DNA of 64,000 nucleotides from Paramecium tetraurelia (Eukaryota), in contig CT868650.1 in NCBI GenBank assembly GCA_000165425.1, forward strand, positions 186,001-250,000, given 5' to 3'. Below are positions 13,025 to 26,451 of this stretch, one piece after another. Numbering within the stretch: the first letter of the stretch is position 1; each line of letters opens with the position of its first letter. A program made the translations under genes and the position numbers. The notes under the pieces are model-generated. The model saw nothing but the letters and a program-made list of their open reading frames with translations. It had not been told where the DNA came from and did not search any database.

Positions 13025-14601
13025 TCATAAATTCCATGATTTCTTTAAAATAGCCTCGAAAGTCTCATCCTGCTACACAGAAGAGGAAACATCCTAATCA
13101 ATAGACACAAGAAGTCATACTTAATAGAACTCTCCAAATTCTTAGAACGATATCACTCTATCAGGATTACTCTTATTCCAATGAGATACGAAGTCCTAAA
13201 ACACTTGTCTTTCAGTTTTATATCCTTTCAATACATCTGGGTGTTCCTTTACATTGATCAATCTACCCATTGTCTCTAATGTGACCTTCCCTGCCTTTTA
13301 CTCAATAGATGCATAAGCTCTTTATACATAGTAAAGTCTTTTATCACTCATTTATAACTAATTATATTCCTAGAAATACTCTGAAGGCATCCAAAAATTC
13401 ATTGAATTCAATTCTGCCATTGCCATTTTTATCAAATGTTTAGAAGATCATTTTGGTCTCATCTTCCGATAGAGTCAACCCAAAATTCCTCAAACCCCAC
13501 TTGAAATCGTTATACTCAACTACGCCATCTAAAATAATATATCATAAAATCTAACTATTATTTTAATCCATTTCTAAAAATATTTTAGCCAATCCTCTCA
13601 ATCCATAAGCTCCTTTGCCAGTGATTTGTTATTTGACTCTAATCATTAAATTCTTCACATTCCTATTGTCATCCATCACAGATTCATCAAATTCCTCGTT
13701 TTATTTTCTGGCCACCTAAAACTTCCATAGGTTTTATGGCCTATTAAAATTAACTATTCTATTACTCTTGATTTCTTAAAGGGATATCAATGGTGGTTCT
13801 GCCTTCCTTCTCAGCTATCAAGTTTTAAGTTTTGTTCAAACATTGATAGGAATGCACAAAGACTTCTCTTTCTCTTCCAAAATCATTTTGATACACTATA
13901 TCATCACTGGCTAACCAATGTTAAGTGAAGGAATGCTTAATCAATACAGTATCATCCGATCTGATTGGTTGTCCTTCCATTTCGAATCTGATTTTTGGAT
14001 CAGCATGTTCAAATTTCCAAACTGTATTGAATACATCACTCTCGATTGCACAAACCTCCTGTTTTCTAGATATCTTAGCACATCTGGTTGGTGTTTAAGG
14101 AAGTGAATGAAGATAGAATGTTTTATTATTAGATATTCTGGGATTTGCCACTACTCTGAAATGCTATCCGTAATGCAATATATCATCTCCATAGTAATTT
14201 GGTTCTTTAGTATAGGGGAGTATAACGAACACTGATCTCACTGTGGGTTGTGTGGTTTATGCAGTTGTAATATTGTAGGCTTCTTCCTATAATTTCAATT
14301 TCTCCTGAATGTCTATCGAGAGATACCCTTAAGTCTTCAAATTCTAGAGCATCAAATGGAATCCAAAATGGATGTACTCGTCTTGGGGAAATGTTAGAGA
14401 CGCCAATCTTAAACTGAAATGTGTCTTTGTGTCTTTCACTATGCTTGCCAGTTATCCATTTTATCTATTTTTCAAGTAGTCCTTCTTCCTATATAATTTA
14501 TGTACAAATGATCACTTGGTTTCATCCAATTCCCATTCTTCAAACCAATTTCCAATACGGGTCTAGAACTTATATTTATGATCGACGTTGTAATTGTGCA
14601 T
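13025..14601 (-). CDS. CFAP161-like domain fused to a calcyphosin-like EF-hand domain
   Basis: RIGNWFEE..YIHFG..ILHYGQHF..DPKIRFEMEGQPI..NDFGREREV..QNLW matches CFAP161. It is followed by GAYGLRGLAKIFQEMD and FDKNGNGRIEFNEF (calcyphosin-type EF hands), ending KKSWNL-TGA. Confidence 0.82.
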
Positions 14602-14620
14602 AATTAATATATATATATTT

Positions 14621-15352
14621 ATGAATACTTTAAAAATACTCCAATGGAATACATTAGCTGACACTCTTTCAGATGCTTTTCCACTTATCAACAAACAATT
14701 TCTACAGTGGAATCACAGATCATAATTAATAGCTCAATTTTTAAAACAACACCCATGCGATGTCTATTGTTTTGAAGAAGTAGATCACCCAGAATTCTTT
14801 CAATAAGTCCTCGTAGATCATCTATTTATTTATCAAAAAAAACAACATAACAGTGATGGCATTTTGATTGCCTATAGAAAAGACTTGAAATTACAATCAG
14901 TCAACATTGTACCGTTTCTAGAAAACAACAAAGTTTCCAATTAATTCTTCATTAAAGTAGACTTTCTAGATTTCATATTGGTGGTCACTCATCTTAAAGC
15001 TAAAACAGACTTTGAGAAAATCAGAAGGAATTAATTAGAATAATTAAATAAATGCGTCAAAGAGGACAAGGTTATTCTATGTGGTGATTTCAACACTTAA
15101 CCTGAATTGGAGGCAGTATCTAATTTTCTAGAAATATCAGGTATGAAATGCACCAATACAACTGTGCCAACCACTTCTAAAAATAGAGGGAAATTGGAAA
15201 CAAATATAAAGGATTACATTTTGTATAAGGGAGTTCATTTGAGACAGAGTCAGGTCGGTCCAACAGAGGGTGTGCAAATAAATGAGAGTGGATTACCTAG
15301 TGAATTGTTCCCTTCTGACCATATCTTTTTAATTGGAGAGTTTGAAATCTGA
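14621..15352 (+). CDS. Nocturnin/CCR4-type endonuclease-exonuclease-phosphatase family protein
   Basis: LQWNTLAD, CFEEVDH, THLKA, CGDFN, FPSDH motifs. Intronless, 243 aa. Confidence 0.88.
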
Positions 15353-15402
15353 TATGACAAAAAATAATTACATAACAAATAAATAAGTTTAATATAATAT
15401 AA

Positions 15403-16625
15403 ATGTACTTTGAATAAGAATGTCGAAAATTTTTGAGACCTCGTAGATTAGAATATCAAATTTTTGATTTGGGTAAGGATTCAAAATTATTGAAGGTCCT
15501 GAAAGACTCCCACTTACAAATGGAACACTATTCAAACACGAAATTAGTATTATAAATCGTTAGGGTCATCAATTAAAGTGCTCTTTTTTTGAGATTAATC
15601 CAATTAGTGATTGTTGCATAATCTATTGCCATGGTTTTAACGGTTGTCGTGTAGAAGGTGTCAAATATGCCCATGTTGCTGCTCAATATAATCTAAACTT
15701 TTGCACCTTTGATTTTCAAGGATGTGGCCATAGTTAAGGAGATCTCATCACCTTTGGGTAACACAACTCATTTAAATAGTTATTTAGAACAGAATGACAT
15801 CACATGTATCATTTTGGACATCAAGAAAAGATTCTAATAAAATTAATTCATCTTATGGGGAAGATCATTGGGAGCGACTACCATCCAATTGAAGAAATAA
15901 CCATATGTAAGTGGTTACGTACTGGATTCTTGTTTCACCGATCTCAACAAGGCTTGTGTGAGAATGATGTAAAAATCCACTTCCCTACCAAAGCTAATCA
16001 TCAAAAGTGTTCTATATCTTTTGAAAGGTATCGATCATTTTCAATCATCCTAGGGAAAATCGAATCACAAGGCAATTTTAAGTTTGATGATATCAAGATA
16101 CAAAGGGCTGACTCCAGTGTTCCAACTCTCTACATTTGTAGTGATTAAGATACATTGATCAAATCCAAAAATACTATTGGATTATACTAGTAGCACAATG
16201 GTTTAAGAGACCTCATCAAAATCTAAGGAGAACACAATGATTCCAGATCTCTCGAGTTGATTAACCAAATCTGTTGTTGGTGCAAAGAACGATTCCAAAT
16301 CAATCGTCAATACTCCTGTCATGAAACCTCCCCATTAGAAATTCGAAAAAAATATCAGCATTTAGCGGGGAGAAACAGTCTAATTCGTACTCCTTCAGAT
16401 ATCATAAACAAGTATGATTTAAACAGATAAAATCTCAATCATTGTTAGACCTAATCTACTTCAGTGCTCAAATACAATAATCAACACATCATCCAACCAA
16501 AAAAATTATACTTTCAAGAATCTCCTTAAAAAATTATTGGCTCATAGGCCAAAATCTTAAAATAATAAATGAGTTAGGAAATAGGGCACAACAATAAGTT
16601 TATTCGCAAACCCATATTTGATTGA
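15403..16625 (+). CDS. Alpha/beta hydrolase (YqkD/ABHD-like)
   Basis: IYCHGFNGCR, FDFQGCGHSQG, nucleophile elbow LWGRSLGA, GEHND. Short introns. Confidence 0.88.
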
Positions 16626-16650
16626 ATAATTAATTATATTATATATTGAT

Positions 16651-16860
16651 TCAGAACTTTGCTTTCTCCACAACTGGGAGTCTTGAAAAATGTTGCAAAA
16701 ACCCCTGATTAGAGAGGTGTCCTGCCTCGAAAAAACTATTAATGCCATCTCTCCCATTTAGTTTCTTTAATATCTCCTTCCCTCCAGAATTATACTCAGA
16801 AACTCTGTTAGATCATATAGTCATGTCTCATTAATCTGTATGACTGTACCATTTTCCAAA
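16651..16860 (-). pseudogene. Decayed cytochrome b5-like heme-binding domain
   Basis: TVIQINET*LYDLTEFLS, then a frameshift, then NSGGKEILKKLNGRDGINSFFEAGH..AKF*. In-frame TGA, a frameshift and HPGG changed to NSGG. Confidence 0.7.
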
Positions 16861-17257
16861 AAGTTAAATAATTATTTATTGCTTTAATAAAATTATTAAA
16901 TATATAAGAATTGAAAATAAGAAATACTTAATTTCAAGATCACACGTATAATTTCCATTAATTTATCTTTCTTATGAAATGATGCAATAAAATTTGTACT
17001 GAATTGATAGCCTCATCATTTCAATATTTTATTCTTGTCTCAGAATGCAATCAGGTATGATTTGAGTTTATTTTTAACTGATTTGAGCGAGCTCTCAATT
17101 ATTTCTTATTGTTTGCCGTCTCTCCTTCTTATATATGATTAAATTAATTTAATTTTTATTGTGTAATCTCTTTCAAATCTATTCAATAACCAAATTAATC
17201 ATCTTATTATGCTTTATTATTTTTATAAAAACTCCAAGATTCAAAATAAAAATCAGA

Positions 17258-20200
17258 ATGGATGTGTGCTTCTAAAAATTAATCAAAGTATTTTCACAAA
17301 TCATAGATTAATAAGAGAAAAATCAATATATTTTCCCTTAAGAATTAATCCTAGTCTTAAACATATAATAATAACTCTTGCCTTTGTCATATATTTATGG
17401 GTCTTCGGAATTCTCATATTTAACCATTTTTACTGCATTTGCAAGACCCTAAATTTACATTCCTTAATCCATTTTTGGTTCATGCATCACTTTTATAATA
17501 GCTTTGATATGTGTGCTAAACTTTATACCTTTACTTAATTTAAAGTATACTGGGATAATTGTTTAGTTGCTTAAATGTGGGATGCTTAACTTTTTCTTTG
17601 AAATTACATCTGATCAGTTTCAAATACTACCCCATATTTTAATTATTCTTGTCTCATTAATCAACTCGGTCATACTTGAGGGAACATTAAATATAAAAAT
17701 TGAAAATTTTTAAAAAATACAGTTGTCAATTAAAGATGCTCTGTTAGTAGTACTCAATATTTTGATTATGATACTTTTTAAATATACTTACTCGCAAATT
17801 GCTACAGATATCATTGCTTTTTGTATAATATTGTTCTAGATTATGAATTTAATTATTGGACAACCATCCATTTCAATAAAGAACAAGGCTATTTTTCTAA
17901 TTATTAATCTTTTTTCTCTTTACTTTGGCATTATAAAGAGTTTTGGTTTAAAGAGTAACACTTAAATAGAAATGATTATGCTTCCGTTAATTTATAGAAT
18001 ATCACTGTATGGCTATGAATATTTATTTCGAAATTATAAGTATTAAAATATAAAAGGGCTTCCTACCTCTATCAGTTAAATTGTATTTTTCATTAAAAAT
18101 ATTGACAACTATTCTCAATTATAGGTCTAGGCACCAGACAGTATTGAACATCAAATTATATTTTCGACTATTAAAATGGCCAAAAATCTAAATTACTTAG
18201 CATACAAGGATTTGGTATCACTAAAACATAATAACAATATTTTATTGAACTTAAAAATAAACCCAATATTATAGCAATGTTTGAGGAAAATTAGTTATGA
18301 TACATAAAATAACAGTAAGCCAGCTAATGGCATCACATAAATCTCTAAGTAATTAATAGAAAACGAAAATTAAAGTTTTGAAACTTAGTTAAACATTATT
18401 GAACTTCTTCATGATAAAATTGAATGCATGAGGTTGTTGATGGAAGAAAACTATATAGTTTAATTTGATCATTTACTAAACTACATTGAAAAACTCATAA
18501 AAATTTAGAAAATATTAGTAAAGTAATATGAAACCTTTCCATGTGAAAGAACACAATGTGCACTAGGGTTTTTTTATACTGAATTGTTGAATGACTATTT
18601 AGCAGCAAATCAATTGTTTAGTGTTTTGGCTATATCTGATGAAAAAATGAAGAAAATTACCTTGAATCAAGATGTCTTCAATAGTAAGATGATTTATTTA
18701 TTAACTGAATTTAATGGGAAGATGAAGATAAAATGCTCATCATATGATGCTGATTCATTTTTAGGTATTTCGAATGAATCAATTACTAATAAAATCATAG
18801 ATGATTTAATTCCACCAGGAATAAGTGAAAATCATGATGAGATGATTATAGATTTCTTAAAAAATGGTAAATCGAAATATCTCAGATAATTATAAGTTAA
18901 CTTTTTGTACTATAAATATTAGCAATACATGATGGAAATAGATTTTGCAATTGAAACCAATCTAATTTAAGAACTCAATTTCATTGTTTTTATTCAACCC
19001 ACAATGAGTTAGATTCTATCTATTGTTTTGGACATAAATTTGGCAATTGTATGCATGAGTAAAGCTTTTATCTAAGAATTGGACTTGTAAGAGAGCATCA
19101 AATTTTATTTGGGGATGAATATTTAAAAAATAATCCCATCCTTCCGAAATAACATCCTAGAAAATCATTTTATCGAAAATGCAGAAGCCCACTTTGAAAA
19201 TTATGATGTAAGATCAAGTTCATCTTCAAGAGATCATCCTTATCATACATCCTATTATATTAGAACAAAGAAAATAGATGATAGAATAGCATTCTATTAT
19301 GTGTAATTTGAGTATTTCAAGAAAAACGCAATTGGTTAAGTTTCCAGTTCAGCCGATTCTGTAAACACGAGTCACCATTTAGTCTTAGACTATATATATG
19401 AGGATAATATTAATGAAATATGCGAAGAAGCCCCTGTTGAGATTCCTATTGAAGATGAAGTTAAAAGAGAGCATCCCTAATTAAATTATGTTGGAGGTTA
19501 ATATTCAGAACAAAGTCATGTGATTAATGAATTTAAATATGAATAAACTAATATCAAAAGTACTCTTAGATGCAATTAGACACTCTTGGAATAAAAGTAC
19601 TCCAATGTGAATAAAAATCCATCAAAAGTGTTGATTTCTCATAAAAATGAAAGCGATGTTCATGATGATCAAATCAAGGTCCATTAATTAGATGAGTGTT
19701 AATCTTCCTAGATTTCCAGTTTACAAGGCTTGAGACGATCAGAATTCTACAAAAAATATGAATTATACTAGAAACTTAGATTTCAAGTTGGAAATTCGAA
19801 ATACCATAAATTGTTCATTATTACTTTTACTTTGAGTTTAATTAGTTAAGTGATAATTTAATCGATTGTAAGTTTTTCATTAATTTTAGTAAATAGCAAA
19901 GTTAAATATCAACTTATAGCTTCTGGCTGCTGATATAGACTTACTGTAAGTAAAGAATCTTGTATATTAGCCATTAGAATCCTTTTTATTAACCAGATGG
20001 ACTATATTTAATTATATATAAATGGAGATCGCAGGAGAGATTACACAATAAGAATTCAACTATCTTGTGGAGTTTCCTAGGTCGAATCTCAATCTAGGTT
20101 ATGATTAATTAGATTCTAATTTGAAACAAGTATTGGATAGGATAAGCGTTTCTGGTTTTTTTGAAAACAAATCTTTAGATATTTATGTTTATGTATCTAC

Positions 20201-21607
20201 AGGCGAAGGTGAACTTTATAATTTAACGTTAAGGAATGGCATTCAAATATTGCTAAACTATTTATATGAGATTAAGAAGAGATATTAGATTGAAGGAACA
20301 ATTGTCTCAGATAGTCCTTATGTCTACTATTCCTATAAGAATTATTTAACTATGAAATCAGAATTTAGCCAATTGAACTAGTAAATTTTAAGTAGTACGA
20401 TTACCAAGTCATAGCAAGAATAATCATAAGAAGAGTTTATTTTTATAGTTGCAGTAGGAATTGCTTTTATATAATTTTGTATAACTTTTAATTATTTTAT
20501 TCAAATTTAGAAATTAATTAATAAATTTTATGGTCTCATTTAAAATATGGATGCTGATTACACCTATTAAGAAATTACTAGATTGAAATTTATATCTAGT
20601 CGTTTAAATAAAAGTTCAAACATGTTATTTAGATTCTAAATCAACATCGAGTAAAGGGAAAAGGAATTCCAACATAAATCATTTGATTTGAACATCAAGA
20701 AAAAAGTGTTACATAGACCTTATTATTTGAAATAGTACTTTGCTTATTATTTATATTTTATTTTTGTATTAGCGTTGATGTTTGGGAATGCATTATTAAC
20801 TTTTTAAGAAAGTGGTGAATATTTAAACAAATATCCAGCAACTGCTCAATTTTTCAAAGCCATCTCAGATGTGGGTACAGATATACCAACCATGTATGCT
20901 TAAAGGGATATTCTCTATAATATTGGGCTAATAGCTCCTTTTTTGAATGCCACTGAAAAAGCTAGGCTTCTATAAGAAATCAAAGATTCTCTCAACAGAA
21001 CTAATACATTTATAACTTTGGACTTTAATCTAGACAGGTACATCAAAATCTAATAATTAAGTTTAATCATTTCAACAGAGTTCAAAAATTATTACTATCA
21101 GATTTAGAAAGAGAACCTTTGCAATTTTCTGCCAAATTATATAAGTTCGAAATCATAAACTCTATGTCCTTAAATTATGGATTAAAATTTGGAAAGAGGC
21201 CTTTTAGGATTGTTGATTTATATCAGTAATTTCATCAATACTGATATGGCTCTAAATCAATTTACAAATAAATTGCAATAAAGCTATTTAGAATTGGAAG
21301 GTGCCTTTTTGGTCTCCTACATTATCAAAGATATAAATACTAGCTTTCACTTTGATTTACAATCCTAGACTCAGTTTTATATTGACAAAATCAGTGTAAA
21401 ATTACTTATTGATTATTAAATTAGGTGCATAATCTAGCAATTCTCATATTTTTATGCATCTTGGTTGTGCTTACATTAACAAAGATCAAGAATAAGCTAA
21501 TTTAAAAATTATATTTGGCTTAGAGACTTCCATACTTGATGCCGATAAAAACAGTCGTATTTAACGATGGCTTTGAAAGGAATCTAAGATAACTCATCCA
21601 AAAATGA
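17258..21607 (+). CDS. Large multi-pass membrane protein with a central PAS-like region (TmcB/TmcC-like), copy 1
   Basis: N-terminal hydrophobic helices, LIPPGISENHDEMIIDFLKNGKSKYL PAS-like motif, C-terminal TM segments, three introns in the 3' half. No in-frame TGA seen in the parts read. Confidence 0.75.
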
Positions 21608-21891
21608 ATAATAAATTTTAATTTATATAATAATAATTCAAGAAAATTAAAAATTCTTTAGAAATCAACTAATATTTATAGTATACGTTTTATATATATA
21701 TTTATAATTTAATACACTATTCTAGTAGAAGTCAAGAATTTTCTAACTATTCTACTCAGTTTTCATAATATGTAACATTAATTGCTAATTGTAGAAATGC
21801 TAAGCACTTAATTAATCAATCATTTTTTATAATAATTAACACTTCCTATACATATATTTATAATAAATTAGATACTTCAAAATTTGTGATA

Positions 21892-24800
21892 ATGAAGGAA
21901 GTTTTTCAAAAGTTGACAAATTACTTGATAAGAGTATACTTAAAAAATGAAGAAATCTAAATAGTTTTTCCACCTTATGTTATATTGCTCTTCAGAGTTC
22001 AACAAGCCTTTTTAAGTCTGTCATACATCTATGGGCTAAGCAATAATTACTATATTTATGTGATATCGCTATATGCTAGACCCTAGTAGTTATTTATAGA
22101 CTCAGAAATCCCATAATACATCATCCTAATATTAAGTGTCATTTATATATTTACACTACTAACAATAATTCCATATAATAATATAATAGGGATATTTGGA
22201 TAATTATTACGTTGCAGCATGCTAAATTTCTTTTTTGAAATATCCAAAGGATCTATCTCAATAATTACTCACACTCTGTTAATTATGATATCATTTTCGG
22301 AAACTTTGATTATTTCTGGAACATTGAATGTCTAAACCAAAAACTTTTAGCATACTAGATTTACAAATTTAGATTTAATTGTAGTAATTTTAAATTATTT
22401 ACTAATGATTTTATATTCTTACTAATTTCCTTAACAGATCATCGTGATTCTAGCAATTATTTTAAATATATTGAGAATCATAAATTAATTGTTATTTTCA
22501 TCTTTTAAAAATCTAATTACTAAATCCATACTCTTAACTATAAAAGTTATGACTTTATTTTTTGGCTAGTTTTGGCTTTAAATTAATTTGTCTGCTTAAA
22601 TCATAATGATACCATTAACTTATAAAATGATCTACACCTACTATTAAAATCAACTTAAAAAGATTATGTACGACAACTTAAAGCAGATACCATGCCATAT
22701 AATCAGCCTATTAGCTTTTCTTGAAAACGTTAAAGAAATCTAAAATCTATATGTTTCGAAACCTAAAAAACCAAGAGATAGAATTATTTACTCATCATTT
22801 TTAATGTATTAGAGCAAGAATTATCAAGCATTCTTAGAACTAAACAGTATTTAAGATGATCAATTAAGTTTGATTGAGAGTTTTAAAAAAAAAATAATTT
22901 TACAAAAATGTATAAAAAATATTTAACACACCATCCTTGGAACAAATAATATTGATAACATTGCTCACACAATTAAATTATTATTGAATAGTGAAGAACA
23001 AAATTATTCAACTTAGAATGATATTGTAGAAATAGTTAAAAATAAGATTCATTGTCTGGAATTATTTACATAAAATCCATCTCATAGTTCTTATGAGAAC
23101 TATCATGAGATTACAAAAAAAATTATTCTTTTCAAAGAGAAATTGGAAAAGCAATACAAAGAATTTCCATGTGAAAAAACTTAAGGAATTTTGGGGTTTT
23201 ATTATGGAGAGATAATGAATGATTATCTTTAAGCAAACTAATTATTTAGTCTGTTAGCTATGCAAGATGAAAAAATGAAGAAAATCACTTAAAATTAAGA
23301 TATTTTTTCTAACAAAATGATTTATTTAATTTTAAGATTTGATGGTAAATTAATTATTAAAAGACCTTCAAATGATGCGGCTTAATTTTTATAATTATCA
23401 AATCAATAGTTAAAAGGATTAGAATTATTATACTTTATTCCTAAAGGTGTTTCAGAAATCCATGATGATCTAGTTTTAGATTTTCTAAGGTTTGGAAAAT
23501 CAAAATACATGAGATAATTAAATTAATCTCTATTATATAGTCATGAGATGGAATGTATGAGTTCGGTAGAATTATTGTTTGATATTAATTTTGTTGACGA
23601 ATTGAATTTCATAGCATTCCTATAACCTCCTGCCAATCAAACTCTAAATCTAATTTTAAATGAATAACTTCTAATAAAGTGTTTAAGTTAATAACTCATC
23701 TAAGACTTGGGATTAGAATAATAATATAAGTAGTATTAGGGCTATCCCATCAATAAACTGATTCCTTATTTCCCAAAATATTTATTTGATAAACAATAAA
23801 TTGAAAATACAGAGATTTTTATTGAAAAAATTGATGAGCAATCATAAACATCCAGTCATCCTTTAGTATTCATAACAACCTTTAATTTGCACTTTGGAAT
23901 TGTAAATGATATTACAAAATATTATGTTATATCTTTTGACTTTATAAAAAGATCTCCTTTCTATTAATGGTAAAATAATTCAATGTCAGTTCCATTTCTA
24001 AGCCCATTAATCAAAAAGCAAAATCATGGTTCTTTTGCCATCATTAATGATGAAAGCACAATACATATTCCTTATCAAGAGAATGAATTGATGAGAAATC
24101 AATATATGTATTAGTTGAATTAACAAGACTTTAATTTTTTAGATAATACTCCAACTGTATAATGTTAAAAGAAATAAGAAACAAAATTGTTATCTACACT
24201 TGAATACACTAATATTAAAACTACAACCAAACAGAATGAATTATTATTAGCCGAGTAAAGATTCTTTTCAAAACAAAAAAATAAATCCTCTCTTTCCAAG
24301 TAAAGATGAATCATTATTGTTAGCGGAGATCAAGTAGTAATTATATAAGAAGTACAGTCCTCTTATGTTTCAAGTTTATAAGGAGTCAGAAATTCAAAGT
24401 ATTTTAGATAATTTGAATTGATGGCAAAAATAAAAGATTTAAATAGTTTTTCTAGATTGCATCGAACCTTCCTTGCTTCAATCATCCTATGTGTTTTATT
24501 TCAATTTATAATTCAAATTATTGTAAATATTTTTATAATTTTAGTAAATAATTGAGCTGAATTTTAATTTAAACGAACTTGTTTCTGATATAGATATATT
24601 GCAAATAAAGAATTTTGTATTTTAACCACTAGAAACCTTCCTATTAACCAGATGGACAATATTTAATTACAAATTACTGAACGACGCTGGAGAAATATCA
24701 AATCTAGAATATTAAAATTTGATTCAATTCCCTTTATCTAATTTAAATTTAGGCTATGATTCATTAGATAAAAATTTAAAGTAGGTATTTAATAGACCTG

Positions 24801-26263
24801 CACTTTAAAATTTTCTGGAAAAAACCTACATAGACATATATGAATACGTCTCAACTAACTAAGGAGAAATCTATAATCTCAACCTTAGAAATAGCATTAG
24901 CATTTTGAAGAACTTTTAATATTCATTCAAAATGGCCTATGAGTTAGATGGTGGAATAGTCTCAGATAGTCCTTATGCTTACTTTCAATATAAGAATTAT
25001 TTAACAATAAAACAACAATTCTCAGAATTAAATAGCATAGTGTTAGATTAAACGTTAAAAAGATCACTTCAAATTTAATCTAAATTGTCAATAATTACTT
25101 TTATTTGCTTCGGAGCCTTGACTATTTAATATGGTTTTGCGGTTTTTTATTTTATTTTATTATAAAAAGTAGTGCTTAAACATTACTCACTCGTCTAATA
25201 TATACAAATTAAATACATTGATTTCGAGATAAATTATTTAAAAAAACTAATCGATGGAGTGAATTAGAATTAAAATTTATTATTTAGATATTAATTTCGT
25301 TTAGAAAATAAGGAATCACTTTTAGATACTTCCAACATTAAACTGTATTAAAAAAAGCGAGCTAGTAAATGACCTAGTATCCTCAACTATCACGATATAT
25401 ACTATTACCTATTTTTTATATTTTTTCTTGGGCTTACAGCAGGAAATGCTTCATTGACCTATTACGAGGGTTGGAATTATTTAGAAAAATATCCAGAAAC
25501 TGCTAAATTTTATAAAGAAGTTTCTGATGTAGGAACTGATGTGCCAACCATGTTTGCCTAAAGAGATGTTCTGTATAGTAGAAAGGGCTATAATTTCATA
25601 TTTCAATTTAAAGAGAGTCTGACAGTTTATTAGAAGAAAATAGTTGAATCATTAAATCGAACCAAGGCCTTCATTTAAGATGACTACAATTTTGATAAGT
25701 ACATTATTCAAATTGATTAGATATGTGGTTTCTGATTCATTTAAAGAATTCTTTTTTTAAATCTAGAACGACAACCTTTGTGACTTTATCCCAGATGAAT
25801 TAAAGAATAAGTCTAATACTATTTGTCAGATTGTTTTAAATTAAAATATGAGGAGAGGACTATAGGCATTACTTATTTATATTATAAATCATATTACTAC
25901 AGATATGGAAATTAATTAGTTCACTTCAAGAAGTCAAGCAAGTTATCTAGAGTTAGAAGGAGCATTTTTAGTATCAAATATAATTAAAGTCGTAAATGAT
26001 AAATTTAACATTGATTTAATGGATTAAACTACCTATTTTATGAATTTAGCCAATGTAATTTTCAATCTTATTTTTAGATGCATAACATCATTATGTTTAT
26101 CAATTTATTTTTCTTAGGAATCTTAATACTAACTCTCATTAAAAATAAATTAATTGAAAAACTCCACATAGCCCAAAGATTGACCTATATAATGCCATCA
26201 AAATCAGTTATTTTAGATTCAAATTTTGAACGGGCCCTCAGATCACTCTTAAAAGAATAATGA
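21892..26263 (+). CDS. Tandem paralog of the 17258-21607 gene, copy 2, with two in-frame TGAs (possible pseudogene)
   Basis: Collinear homology (FPCEKTQ, FIPKGVSEIHDDLVLDFLRFGKSKYMR, SDVGTDVPTMFAQRD, LELEGAFLVS) and the same three intron positions. TGA in frame at 24307 and 25370. Confidence 0.7.
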
Positions 26264-26451
26264 AAATTATATTATAAACTTGTTTTTTAGATACTAAATT
26301 GTAATATTTAATTATAATTTTTTAATTTGGATTTTTTATTGTTTTAGAAATATCTTGCTTCATAATGTTTAGAGAACTAGTGAAGTTTAATTTTATAAAT
26401 TATTATAGATACTATGTTATGATGCAAGCATACGAAAAGTTCTATTACAAT

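Noticed and set aside
16975..17025. Box C-like ATGATGA and a short inverted repeat suggesting a snoRNA
   Set aside because: No suitably placed box D (CTGA) or convincing guide sequence.
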